From assembly GCA_017440465.1 (NCBI GenBank), contig JAFSHF010000024.1, positions 298 through 64,297 on the forward strand: a stretch of DNA of 64,000 bases, written 5' to 3'. The position numbers and the translations under genes were made by a program. The stretch comes from Clostridia bacterium (GTDB lineage: Bacteria; Bacillota; Clostridia; Oscillospirales; QAKW01). Within the stretch, counting starts at the first letter, position 1; each line of letters starts with the position of its first letter. A model generated the notes under the pieces. That model saw only the letters and a list, made by a program, of their open reading frames with translations, was not told where the DNA came from and made no database searches. Shown here piece by piece: positions 1 to 8,466 of the stretch.

Positions 1-525
1 CACAATATTGGTGACATTGGGGGTCAATTTGATAATGATCGGTTTTTTGGTGACTTTCCGCACTTCACGCACCACCGAAGCCGCCGCCTGCGGATCGGTA
101 CCGAAGCTCATTCCGCCGCCATGGACATTGGGGCAGGAGATATTGATCTCAAACCAGGCGATCTGCTCTTCTTCGTCCAATTTACGGACGGTCTCGCGGT
201 ATTCATCTAAAGAAAACCCGCTGACATTCGCCATAATCGGGCCGTCAAAGCACGCCTTTAATTTCGGCAGTTCTTCGGCAATAACTTTGTCCACACCGGG
301 ATTCTGCAACCCTACCGAATTGAGCATTCCCTCATAACATTCAGCGATACGGGGGGTGGGGTTACCGAAACGAGGCTCTAAGGTCGTCCCCTTAAAGGAA
401 AGGGAGCCAAGAACGTTGATATCATAAAGCTCGGCAAATTCATAGCCGAACCCAAAGGTACCGCTGGCGGGGACAATGGGGTTTTTCATTTCCACACCGC
501 AAAGGTTGACTTTTAAATTTACCAT
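1..525 (-). CDS. pyrD: Dihydroorotate dehydrogenase (class 1B) catalytic subunit, N-terminal part; gene runs off the left edge
   Basis: Own translation from ATG 525..523: MVNLKVNLCGVEMKNPIVPASGTFGFGYEF... The frame stays open to position 1, and it is absent from the ORF track because no stop lies in the window. The ATG overlaps the pyrK stop, the usual pyrK-pyrD pairing. Confidence 0.85.
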   Translation of the reverse strand, partial: MVNLKVNLCGVEMKNPIVPASGTFGFGYEFAELYDINVLGSLSFKGTTLEPRFGNPTPRIAECYEGMLNSVGLQNPGVDKVIAEELPKLKACFDGPIMANVSGFSLDEYRETVRKLDEEEQIAWFEINISCPNVHGGGMSFGTDPQAAASVVREVRKVTKKPIIIKLTPNVTNIV

Positions 526-1250
526 AGGATCTCCTCCCGTTCCAGCACCGGACCATCCTTGCAGATGCGCTTATTGCCGTATTTGGTCTTGCAGGAGCAA
601 CCCATGCAAGCACCGAACCCGCAACCCATCCGCTCTTCAAAACTATACTGACCCGAAACGGTAACGGTGCGCTCAATGGCGCGGAACATCGGTTCGGGGC
701 CGCAGGTGAAGAAATAATCATAGTCGAGGTCTTTCATCGCGTCGGTGACAAAGCCCTTGACGCCCACCGAGCCATCGGCGGTGGCGACGGTGACGGTCGC
801 GCCCAGCGCTTCAAATTCGTCTTTCAAAAAGACCTCTTCCGCCTTATTAAAGCCCAAAACGACTTGGGGCTTTTTGCCTTCGGCGATCAGTTTTTTGCAA
901 AGAGCATAGAGGGGCGGAACACCGACCCCGCCGCCGATCAACAGCGGCTTTGCCCCGCTTTTGGCGGTGTTATAGCCATTGCCCAAGCCGACTAAAAGGT
1001 CGAGTTTCTCACCGATGGGCATTTTTGCCATCTGCTCGGTGCCGCCGCCCACCACCTTATAGATCAGGGTGATGGAGTCCCCATCCCAATCGCAGATGGA
1101 GATGGGGCGGCGCAGATATTTGCCCTCCAGCAGGATATTGACAAACTGACCGGTGGCGGTGATGGCGGAAGTATCCCCCGCCAACACCATCTTATAAACG
1201 TCTTTGGCAATTTTTACATTGCTTTTAATTTCATAAATTCCTTGTTTCAT
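519..1250 (-). CDS. pyrK: Dihydroorotate dehydrogenase electron-transfer subunit (FAD / 2Fe-2S)
   Basis: 243-aa ORF with C-terminal Cys cluster MGCGFGACMGCSC. Lies between carB and pyrD. Confidence 0.9.
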   Translation of the reverse strand: MKQGIYEIKSNVKIAKDVYKMVLAGDTSAITATGQFVNILLEGKYLRRPISICDWDGDSITLIYKVVGGGTEQMAKMPIGEKLDLLVGLGNGYNTAKSGAKPLLIGGGVGVPPLYALCKKLIAEGKKPQVVLGFNKAEEVFLKDEFEALGATVTVATADGSVGVKGFVTDAMKDLDYDYFFTCGPEPMFRAIERTVTVSGQYSFEERMGCGFGACMGCSCKTKYGNKRICKDGPVLEREEILW

Positions 1251-1260
1251 TCACTTAACC

Positions 1261-4200
1261 TCAAGCGTCAATGGTCGAGATGCAAAGGGTGGTCTCTTCC
1301 AGAACGTCCAGCAGCACCCGCACGGTATCCAGCGAGGTGAAGAGGGTGACGTTATTCTCGGTGGCGCAACGACGGATCTGATGCCCATCGCTCTGCACCC
1401 CTGCGGAATTGATGTCCTTGGTGTTGATGACATAAGCGATATGCCCTTGGCGCAACGCATCGGGGATCTCATCACTGCCCTCGCCGATCTTGCCCAGTGC
1501 GTGGGTACGGATGCCGTTCTTTTTCAAGAACTCGGCGGTACCGACGGTCGCCTGGATATTAAAGCCCAGATTATAGAAACGGCGGATCAGCGGCAAGGCT
1601 TCTTCCTTATCATCGTCGGCAATCGTTGCCAGAACAGTACCGTAGTTTTGCAGTTTCATCCCCGAAGCCTGCAGGCCTTTATAAAGGGCGCGGTTGAACT
1701 TATCATCATAACCGATCGCCTCACCGGTGGACTTCATTTCGGGGGAAAGATAAGCGTCCAAGCCGCGGATCTTGCTGAAGGAAAAGACAGGGACCTTCAC
1801 ATAATGACGCTTCTTTTCCTCGGGATAAATATCGAAGATGCCCTGCTCTTTGAGGGATTTGCCCAAAATGACCTCGGTGGCAATATCCGCCAGACTATAG
1901 CCGGTCGCCTTAGAAAGGAACGGCACCGTTCTGGAGGAACGGGGGTTGACTTCGATGATGAAGACGTTATCGTCCTTATCGACGATGAACTGAATGTTAT
2001 AAAGACCGATGATGCCGATGCCCAGACCCAGCTTCTTGGCATATTGCAGAATAATGCCCTTGACGCGGTCGGAGATAGAGAAGGTGGGATAGACGCTGAT
2101 GGAGTCGCCGGAGTGGATACCGGTACGCTCGACCAGCTCCATAATACCGGGGACAAAGACATCGCGGCCATCGCAGATGGCATCGATCTCGACTTCCTTA
2201 CCAAAGATATATTTATCCACCAAGACCGGCTTATCTTCATCGATCTCAACCGCGGTCTTGAGGTAGTTTCTCAACTGTTCTTCATCGGCAACGATCTGCA
2301 TCGCTCTGCCACCCAGAACGAACGAAGGACGAACCAGAACCGGATAGCCGATCTCGGCGGCGGCGGCGACACCGTCTTCAATCTTGGTGACAGCGCGGCC
2401 CTTAGGCTGGGGAATCTCCAATTCCCGCAGGATCCGCTCAAAACTGCCGCGGTCCTCGGCGCGCTCGATGGCGGCGCAATCGGTACCGATGATCTTCACC
2501 CCGCGCTCCATCAAAGGCTCTGCCAGATTGATGGCGGTCTGACCGCCCAAGGAGGCGATGACGCCGATGGGCTTTTCAAACTCGATGATGTTCATCACAT
2601 CTTCGGTGGTCAGCGGCTCGAAATACAGCTTATCGGAGCAGGTATAGTCGGTGGAAACGGTTTCGGGGTTATTATTGATGATAATGGCTTCATAGCCGGA
2701 ATTTTTAATTGTGGTAACCGCGTGGACGGTGGAATAGTCAAATTCCACGCCCTGACCGATGCGGATGGGGCCTGCGCCCAGAACGATGATCTTTTTGCGG
2801 TCGGTCAAAACAGATTTATTCTCGCCCTCATAGGAGGAGTAGAAATAAGGAATATAAGCGTTGGTATGGCAGGTATCCACCATCTTATAGACGGGGATGA
2901 TCCCCTTTTCGCGGCGCAGGTTATAGACCTCGACCTCTTTCATCTCCCAAAGGCGGGCAATGAACTTATCGCCAAAGCCCATCTTCTTGGCTTCCGCCAG
3001 CAAAGCGACATCGCCTTTGGCGGCGGCGAGCTTCTTTTCCATCGCGACGATCCGTTCAAAGGCTTCCAGGAAATAGGAAGTGATCTTGGTCAGCTCGTGC
3101 AGTTCTGCCACCGAAACGCCGCGGCGCATCAGTTCGGTGACGGCGAAGATATTATCGTCTTTGAATTCCAAAATATAATCCCGCAGTTCGGCTTCGCTCA
3201 TACCGTCGAACTTGGGCAGGTGGAAATGGCAAGCGCCGATCTCCAGCGAGCGCACGGATTTGAGCAAACACTCTTCCAGATTGGAACCAATGCCCATAAC
3301 CTCACCGGTGGCTTTCATCTGGGTGCCCAAGGTGTTGGGCGCGGTGGGGAACTTATCGAAGGGGAAGCGGGGCAGTTTTGCCACCACATAGTCCAACCGC
3401 GGCTCAAAGGCGGCGTTGGTATTGGCGATCTCGATCTCTTCCAAAGCCATACCCACCGCGATCTTGGCGGTGACGCGGGCGATGGGATAACCCGATGCCT
3501 TGGATGCCAAAGCAGAAGAGCGGGAAACGCGAGGATTGACCTCGATGAGATAATATTCGCTGGTCTCAGGATTCAACGCAAACTGCACGTTACAGCCGCC
3601 CTCGATCTTCAAGGCGCGGATGATCTTGATGGCGCTGTCGTTGAGCATCTTAAGATCGTGGTCATTGAGGGTCATAATGGGAGCGACCACCAAAGAGTCG
3701 CCGGTATGGACACCGACAGGGTCGATATTCTCCATTCCGCAGATGGTGATGGCTTTATCGTTGGAATCCCGCATCACTTCAAATTCGATCTCTTTGTAGC
3801 CCTTGACGGACTTTTCGATCAGAACCTGATGGACCGGAGAAAGTTTAAAGGCGTTGAGACCCAATTCCACCAATTCTTCTTCGTTATAGGCAAAACCGCC
3901 GCCGGTACCGCCCAAAGTGAAAGCGGGGCGCAAAACGACCGGGTAGCCGATCCGCTTGGCGGCTTCCTTGGCTTCCTCCACGCTATAGGTGATCTCGGAG
4001 GGGATGGTGGGCTCGCCGATCTCGATGCAAAGCTCTTTAAAGAGTTCGCGGTCCTCGGCGCGCTTGATGCTTTCGCTGGAGGTACCCAACAGCTCCACTT
4101 CACATTCCTTCAAAATACCCTTCTTTTCCAACTGCATCGCAAGGTTCAAGCCGGTCTGACCGCCGATGCCGGGGACAATGGCGTCGGGACGCTCATAGCG

Positions 4201-4434
4201 CAGGATCTTTGCCACATATTCCAAGGTCAAAGGCTCCATATACACCTTATCGGCGATGGTGGTATCGGTCATAATGGTGGCGGGGTTGGAGTTGCAGAGG
4301 ACCACTTCATAGCCCTCTTCCTTCAATGCCAGACAAGCCTGAGTGCCCGCATAGTCGAATTCCGCCGCCTGACCGATGACGATCGGGCCGGAACCAATGA
4401 TCAAAATCTTTTTCAAATCTGTTCTTTTTGCCAT
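1261..4434 (-). CDS. carB: Carbamoyl-phosphate synthase large subunit
   Basis: ORF 1261..4467. Preferred start is ATG 4434 (MAKRTDLKKILIIGSGPIVIGQAAEFDYAGTQ), which avoids overlap with pyrC. A duplicated ATP-grasp half begins at KKIIVLGAGPIRIGQGVEFDY. Confidence 0.95.
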   Translation of the reverse strand: MAKRTDLKKILIIGSGPIVIGQAAEFDYAGTQACLALKEEGYEVVLCNSNPATIMTDTTIADKVYMEPLTLEYVAKILRYERPDAIVPGIGGQTGLNLAMQLEKKGILKECEVELLGTSSESIKRAEDRELFKELCIEIGEPTIPSEITYSVEEAKEAAKRIGYPVVLRPAFTLGGTGGGFAYNEEELVELGLNAFKLSPVHQVLIEKSVKGYKEIEFEVMRDSNDKAITICGMENIDPVGVHTGDSLVVAPIMTLNDHDLKMLNDSAIKIIRALKIEGGCNVQFALNPETSEYYLIEVNPRVSRSSALASKASGYPIARVTAKIAVGMALEEIEIANTNAAFEPRLDYVVAKLPRFPFDKFPTAPNTLGTQMKATGEVMGIGSNLEECLLKSVRSLEIGACHFHLPKFDGMSEAELRDYILEFKDDNIFAVTELMRRGVSVAELHELTKITSYFLEAFERIVAMEKKLAAAKGDVALLAEAKKMGFGDKFIARLWEMKEVEVYNLRREKGIIPVYKMVDTCHTNAYIPYFYSSYEGENKSVLTDRKKIIVLGAGPIRIGQGVEFDYSTVHAVTTIKNSGYEAIIINNNPETVSTDYTCSDKLYFEPLTTEDVMNIIEFEKPIGVIASLGGQTAINLAEPLMERGVKIIGTDCAAIERAEDRGSFERILRELEIPQPKGRAVTKIEDGVAAAAEIGYPVLVRPSFVLGGRAMQIVADEEQLRNYLKTAVEIDEDKPVLVDKYIFGKEVEIDAICDGRDVFVPGIMELVERTGIHSGDSISVYPTFSISDRVKGIILQYAKKLGLGIGIIGLYNIQFIVDKDDNVFIIEVNPRSSRTVPFLSKATGYSLADIATEVILGKSLKEQGIFDIYPEEKKRHYVKVPVFSFSKIRGLDAYLSPEMKSTGEAIGYDDKFNRALYKGLQASGMKLQNYGTVLATIADDDKEEALPLIRRFYNLGFNIQATVGTAEFLKKNGIRTHALGKIGEGSDEIPDALRQGHIAYVINTKDINSAGVQSDGHQIRRCATENNVTLFTSLDTVRVLLDVLEETTLCISTIDA

Positions 4435-4447
4435 TTTGCGTTTCTCC

Positions 4448-5653
4448 TTATTCTTCGATATATACAACTTTATTATTATACACAGTCAGCAGGCATTTTC
4501 CGCAAACCTCCCAATCTTGAAAGGGGGTTGCTCTGCCTTTGGATAAAAAGGTCTCGGGATCGATTCTGTATTCCGCGCCCAGATCCCAGACACTGTAGCC
4601 GCTCTCAGCGATATCAAACCGCTTGCGCGGGTTTTCGGTCAGCAACTCGATCAACCGCTCTAATGGGATGATGCCCTTTTTCACCAGCCCGCTATAGAGG
4701 GTGGCAAAGGCGGTCTCGATCCCGACAACGCCCATCGCGCTTTTTTCCAGCCCGCGGCTCTTCTCTTCGGCGGAATGGGGCGCGTGGTCGGTGGCGATCA
4801 TATCGATGGTGCCATCGATGATGCCTTGGATCAACGCTTTTTGATCTTCTTCGCTCCGCAAGGGCGGGTTCATTTTAAATCGCCCATCTTCCTGCAGCAT
4901 CGAATCGTTCATCAATAGGTAATGAGGGCCGGTCTCGCAGGTGACATCCACCCCCCGCGCCTTGGCTTGCCGGATCAGCTCCACGCTCTCTTTGGTGGAG
5001 ATATGGCAGACATGGTAGGCGCAGCCGATCTCTTCGGCTAATTTCAAATCGCGGGCGATGGGGCCCCACTCGCTTTCGGAGCAGATGCCTTGATGCCCGT
5101 GGGCTTTGGCATATTCGCCGTCGTGGATATATCCGCCGCGCAGCAGCGCATTATCTTCGCAATGGGCGACGATGATTTTGCCCAATTCCTTGGCTTTGAT
5201 CATCGCTGCGCGCATCATCTCTTCCGATTGGACACCGCGCCCATCGTCCGAAAAAGCGATGGCATCCTTTGCCATCCCCGCAAGGTCGGAAAGTTCCTCT
5301 CCTTGCTGCCCTATGGTGATGGAACCATAAGGGTGCACCCCGATCACCGCATCCTTGCGGATGATGGCAAGCTGCTCTTCCAGATGCTCCACGCTATCGG
5401 GAACGGGATTGAGATTCGGCATACTGCAGACATCGGTATACCCGCCCGCGGCGCAGGCTTTCGTTCCGCTTTCAATCGTCTCTTTATAAGAAAAACCCGG
5501 CTCTCGCAGATGAACGTGAACATCGCAAAAACCGGGAAAAACAGCAATTCTTCGATTGGCAAAAAGGGAATAGAAATCCTTAGAAACAGGAAGGGCGATC
5601 TCGCGTTCCTGCATTGTTCCGTTTTCAAATACTTGCGCTTTGATTTTCAACAT
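4448..5653 (-). CDS. pyrC: Dihydroorotase
   Basis: 401-aa amidohydrolase with the metal-binding motif DVHVHLREPG. SD-like GGAAAGGAAC lies upstream of ATG 5653. pyr operon context. Confidence 0.9.
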   Translation of the reverse strand: MLKIKAQVFENGTMQEREIALPVSKDFYSLFANRRIAVFPGFCDVHVHLREPGFSYKETIESGTKACAAGGYTDVCSMPNLNPVPDSVEHLEEQLAIIRKDAVIGVHPYGSITIGQQGEELSDLAGMAKDAIAFSDDGRGVQSEEMMRAAMIKAKELGKIIVAHCEDNALLRGGYIHDGEYAKAHGHQGICSESEWGPIARDLKLAEEIGCAYHVCHISTKESVELIRQAKARGVDVTCETGPHYLLMNDSMLQEDGRFKMNPPLRSEEDQKALIQGIIDGTIDMIATDHAPHSAEEKSRGLEKSAMGVVGIETAFATLYSGLVKKGIIPLERLIELLTENPRKRFDIAESGYSVWDLGAEYRIDPETFLSKGRATPFQDWEVCGKCLLTVYNNKVVYIEE

Positions 5654-5668
5654 CTCGGTTCCTTTCCA

Positions 5669-5945
5669 TAAGCAAACACAAATAATCCGAACCTGCCTAA
5701 AATGGCAGAATTTCGGCGCTTTTCGGCTTGGCGTCGTTTGTAGGCGCCGGCCTTACGAAACTCCTTCGCACCAAAAATCATCCAAAATTCTGCTCATTTA
5801 TAGGTCGTAGAATTTTAAGGGAGAGGATTTTTGGTTTTGCAAGGCATAAAACACAGCGCATCCTTTCGGATGGGCGAGTATTTTAACACAGCAAAGACGA
5901 AAATCCTCCCCTTAAAATCAGGTTGGGATTATTCGTGTTTGCTTA
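5669..5945. mobile_element. MITE-like non-coding element, copy E1 (277 bp, 27-nt terminal inverted repeats, TA at both ends)
   Basis: Left end TAAGCAAACACAAATAATCCGAACCTG (5669-5695) matches the reverse complement of 5919-5945 at 25/27 positions. An internal long stem pairs 5813-5829 with 5900-5917. Homologous to the inverted element at 52111-52390. Confidence 0.5.
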
Positions 5946-5978
5946 AAAAAACAGCCCTGCCGCAGAGCGCAGCAAGGC
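5945..5978 (-). terminator. Intrinsic terminator-like hairpin in the pyr leader (or 3' end of a small RNA)
   Basis: In the minus sense, CCUUGCUGC-GCUCU-GCGGCAGGG is followed by CUGUUUUUUU. The two G-U pairs exist only in the minus-sense RNA. Confidence 0.45.
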
Positions 5979-6090
5979 CTTCATAAACACAGCAAAGCGA
6001 AAGCGCTCCTTGCGCTCTCTTCCTTATGAACATCTTGCCGAACTCACGGGATCGACTTAAAGAATATTATCTCTATATTTAACTTTAATA

Positions 6091-6119
6091 ATTATACTAC
6101 TATACGCAAAAATTGTCAA
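6091..6119 (-). promoter_or_regulatory. Consensus sigma-A type promoter reading toward pyrC
   Basis: Minus strand reads TTGACA (6119-6114), a 17-nt spacer, then TATAAT (6096-6091). Confidence 0.55.
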
Positions 6120-6174
6120 CGAAAAATTAGAGCTAAAAATACCATAAAACCGCGCCCCCTTTTTCGTCAATATG

Positions 6175-6210
6175 ACAAAAAAATAAGTCGCCAAAAAATG
6201 ACGACTTATT
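6175..6210 (-). terminator. Rho-independent terminator after divIC
   Basis: Arms AATAAGTCG / CGACTTATT (6182-6190 and 6202-6210) are followed by a T-run on the minus strand. Confidence 0.6.
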
Positions 6211-6523
6211 CATCGGTAATATTATCATAGACACGCTCGCCCACCGAGCCATAACCCAAGTCGCGGGCAACGCTTTCCACATAGGCACTATCGACTTCGG
6301 CGTTGAGAATGTCGTTAAGTTCCTCATTCAAAACGGTCTGGGAGGAAATCTTTTGGGTTACATCTTTCAGCTCGGCTTGCTTTTCTTGAATACGAACCTG
6401 AAGCTTGACGCAGGTGACGATCATATTGCCCGCCACATAGACCAGCAACACCGCCAGCAATGCCTTAACGACGGGATTCATCTTTTTTGCGCGCTTTGCT
6501 TTTGCGATGGATCTTGTTTTCAT
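6206..6523 (-). CDS. divIC: Septum formation initiator (FtsB/DivIC family)
   Basis: Single N-terminal TM segment followed by a coiled coil (LQVRIQEKQAELKDV). Start moved to ATG 6523, which is preceded by AGGAGG. Sits in yabP-yabQ-divIC order. Confidence 0.75.
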   Translation of the reverse strand: MKTRSIAKAKRAKKMNPVVKALLAVLLVYVAGNMIVTCVKLQVRIQEKQAELKDVTQKISSQTVLNEELNDILNAEVDSAYVESVARDLGYGSVGERVYDNITDE

Positions 6524-6965
6524 GCGATTTCCTCCTTTCTGCATACCTTGACTTTTCTATTCTAACCCATTCTTTCAAAAAAATAAAGGGTTTTTTTGAA
6601 AAATTCATAAATTTCTCAAAAAATCGCCTAAAAATCCGTTCCAGCCACCGCAAAAGGCGCGCCACCCACCGCGCCACCGCGCCGATGAAGACCCCTAAGG
6701 TGCAATGCCAGACCATAAAGCCCAAGCCCTCCCCCGCCAGCAAAAAGAGCCGCACCTGCCCAAAATTGGTCCAGGTAAAGCAGGAGGCGGTGGCAAGGGC
6801 GGCGATCAAGGCAAAGAGCAGATCTTCCAAAAAGACAAGGACAGGGCGATCCCTGCCCCGCAAGATCCGTACCACCCGAAAGATATCATAGACTCCGCCC
6901 AATCCGCCGCCCAACACCACCGCCCATAAAAAGGCGATGGCTTGATCGGAAAGATAGGTTTCCAT
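6465..6965 (-). CDS. yabQ: Spore cortex biosynthesis protein YabQ
   Basis: Polytopic small membrane protein directly after yabP with an ATGA overlap. Basic C-terminal tail. Confidence 0.7.
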   Translation of the reverse strand: METYLSDQAIAFLWAVVLGGGLGGVYDIFRVVRILRGRDRPVLVFLEDLLFALIAALATASCFTWTNFGQVRLFLLAGEGLGFMVWHCTLGVFIGAVARWVARLLRWLERIFRRFFEKFMNFSKKPFIFLKEWVRIEKSRYAERRKSHENKIHRKSKARKKDESRR

Positions 6966-7237
6966 CAGCGAAAGAGCCCCTTAAAGACCCCGCCCTTTTC
7001 TTTCAGATCGCTATACTGCAGGCAGTCGATTTCGCCCTCGATGGCGATCTCCCCCGATTCCACATTCAGCCGATTGATGTGCAGATCCTCGCCCTCGACG
7101 GTCAGCACCCCCATATTGGTCAACACCACCACCGCCTTTTCATCGAACCGATCCACATCCAATACCCCCGATGCCATCACCTGCTTGCGATTTTCTACGG
7201 ATAATAAATGATTTCCGCTTCTGCGTTCTTCTTCCAT
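6965..7237 (-). CDS. yabP: Sporulation protein YabP
   Basis: 90 aa with the YabP-like core LLSVENRKQVMASGVLDVDRFDEKAVVVLTNMGVLTVEGEDLHI. Confidence 0.85.
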   Translation of the reverse strand: MEEERRSGNHLLSVENRKQVMASGVLDVDRFDEKAVVVLTNMGVLTVEGEDLHINRLNVESGEIAIEGEIDCLQYSDLKEKGGVFKGLFR

Positions 7238-7295
7238 CTTATCACCTCTTCTTTTTTATATCATATTTATTCATATATTGAAAAGAAAATGCACT

Positions 7296-7330
7296 AAAAA
7301 AACAGTCGCGCCGAAAGGGCACGACTGTTC
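7296..7330 (-). terminator. Rho-independent terminator after the ferredoxin gene
   Basis: GC-rich stem ACAGTCGCGCC / GGCACGACTGT with a GAAA-type loop. A T6 run follows on the minus strand. Confidence 0.7.
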
Positions 7331-7349
7331 TTTTATTCATATGTTCGAA

Positions 7350-7550
<201 letters not shown>

Positions 7551-7572
7551 CTATCACACTTGGTGATTGATT

Positions 7573-8466
7573 TCAAGTATTTTTTTCATTTTCTGCGGTT
7601 TTGACTGCCGCTTTTTCGCCTTTTTTCTTCCGATCGTCTTTGCGGGGGTGGTCGGGACGGCGGAATTTCAGCGCAGATGCGTCATAGTTGCCAAAAGTTA
7701 CCGTTCCGTCCTCGGCGGTAAATTTTACCTTGACCTTGCCCGCCAGAACTGCCACTTCCGCCACCGTTCCGCGGCCGTCGGGGGTATCGATCTGGGAGCC
7801 GACTTTAGGCATATGTTTACCCAATTCTTCATAGGTGGCTTGCTCATAATTGAGGCAACACATCAAAATACCGCAGACACCGCTGATCTTGACCGGATTT
7901 AAGGGCAAGCCCTGATCCTTGGCGCTTTTGATGGTGACGCGGTCGAAATTATTTAAAAACTGATTGCAGCAGAAGGGACGACCGCACATTCCGATGCCGC
8001 CCATCATCTTACATTCGTCCCGCACTCCGATCTGCCGCAATTCGATGCGGGTCTTGAAGACCGAGGCCAGATCCTTGACCAACTCGCGGAAATCTACACG
8101 GCCTTCGGCGGTGAAGAAGAACAAGATCTTGCTTCCGTCGAAGGAATATTCCACATCCACCAAGGACATTTCCAGCTGATGCTTTTTGACCTTTTCGGCA
8201 AAGATCTCAGCCGCTCTCTTTTCCTTAGCGCGGTTGCTCTCCATCCGACGGTGGTCGGCGGCATCCGCCACCCGCAGGACCGGCTTTAAGGGCTGGACCA
8301 CATCCTGATCCGGCACTGCCTTTACCCCGATGGTGACCTCGCCGCATTCATTGCCGCGGGCGGTCTCCACCACGCAATAATCCCCTGCCTTTAAGTTCAG
8401 TTCGCGGGGATCGAAATAATATGTTTTGCCGTTTTCTTTGAAACGAACGCCTACAATCTTTGTCAA
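7573..8466 (-). CDS. ricT: PSP1-domain regulatory iron-sulfur protein RicT/YaaT
   Basis: N-terminus VGVRFKENGKTYYFDP and the Cys-rich segment GMCGRPFCC...GVCGILMCCLNYE. TTG start overlaps the holB stop. Confidence 0.9.
   Translation of the reverse strand: MTKIVGVRFKENGKTYYFDPRELNLKAGDYCVVETARGNECGEVTIGVKAVPDQDVVQPLKPVLRVADAADHRRMESNRAKEKRAAEIFAEKVKKHQLEMSLVDVEYSFDGSKILFFFTAEGRVDFRELVKDLASVFKTRIELRQIGVRDECKMMGGIGMCGRPFCCNQFLNNFDRVTIKSAKDQGLPLNPVKISGVCGILMCCLNYEQATYEELGKHMPKVGSQIDTPDGRGTVAEVAVLAGKVKVKFTAEDGTVTFGNYDASALKFRRPDHPRKDDRKKKGEKAAVKTAENEKNT

Noticed and set aside
1381-4671. 1,096-aa ORF on the plus strand, antisense to almost all of carB
   Set aside because: It is in exact codon register with carB (1381-1261 is divisible by 3). 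A stop in this frame would therefore need the sense codons TTA, CTA or TCA, which this genome evidently avoids. The predicted protein is low-complexity (Gly/Asp/Leu/Ile-rich) with no recognisable motifs, whereas carB is unmistakable. This is a codon-bias artefact.
5654-6130. PyrR binding loop / classical pyr attenuator in the pyrC leader
   Set aside because: I searched both strands by eye for the UCCAGAGAGG core as I remember it and found only loose AGAGAG strings (for example GGAAGAGAGCG). This is insufficient to call a PyrR site.
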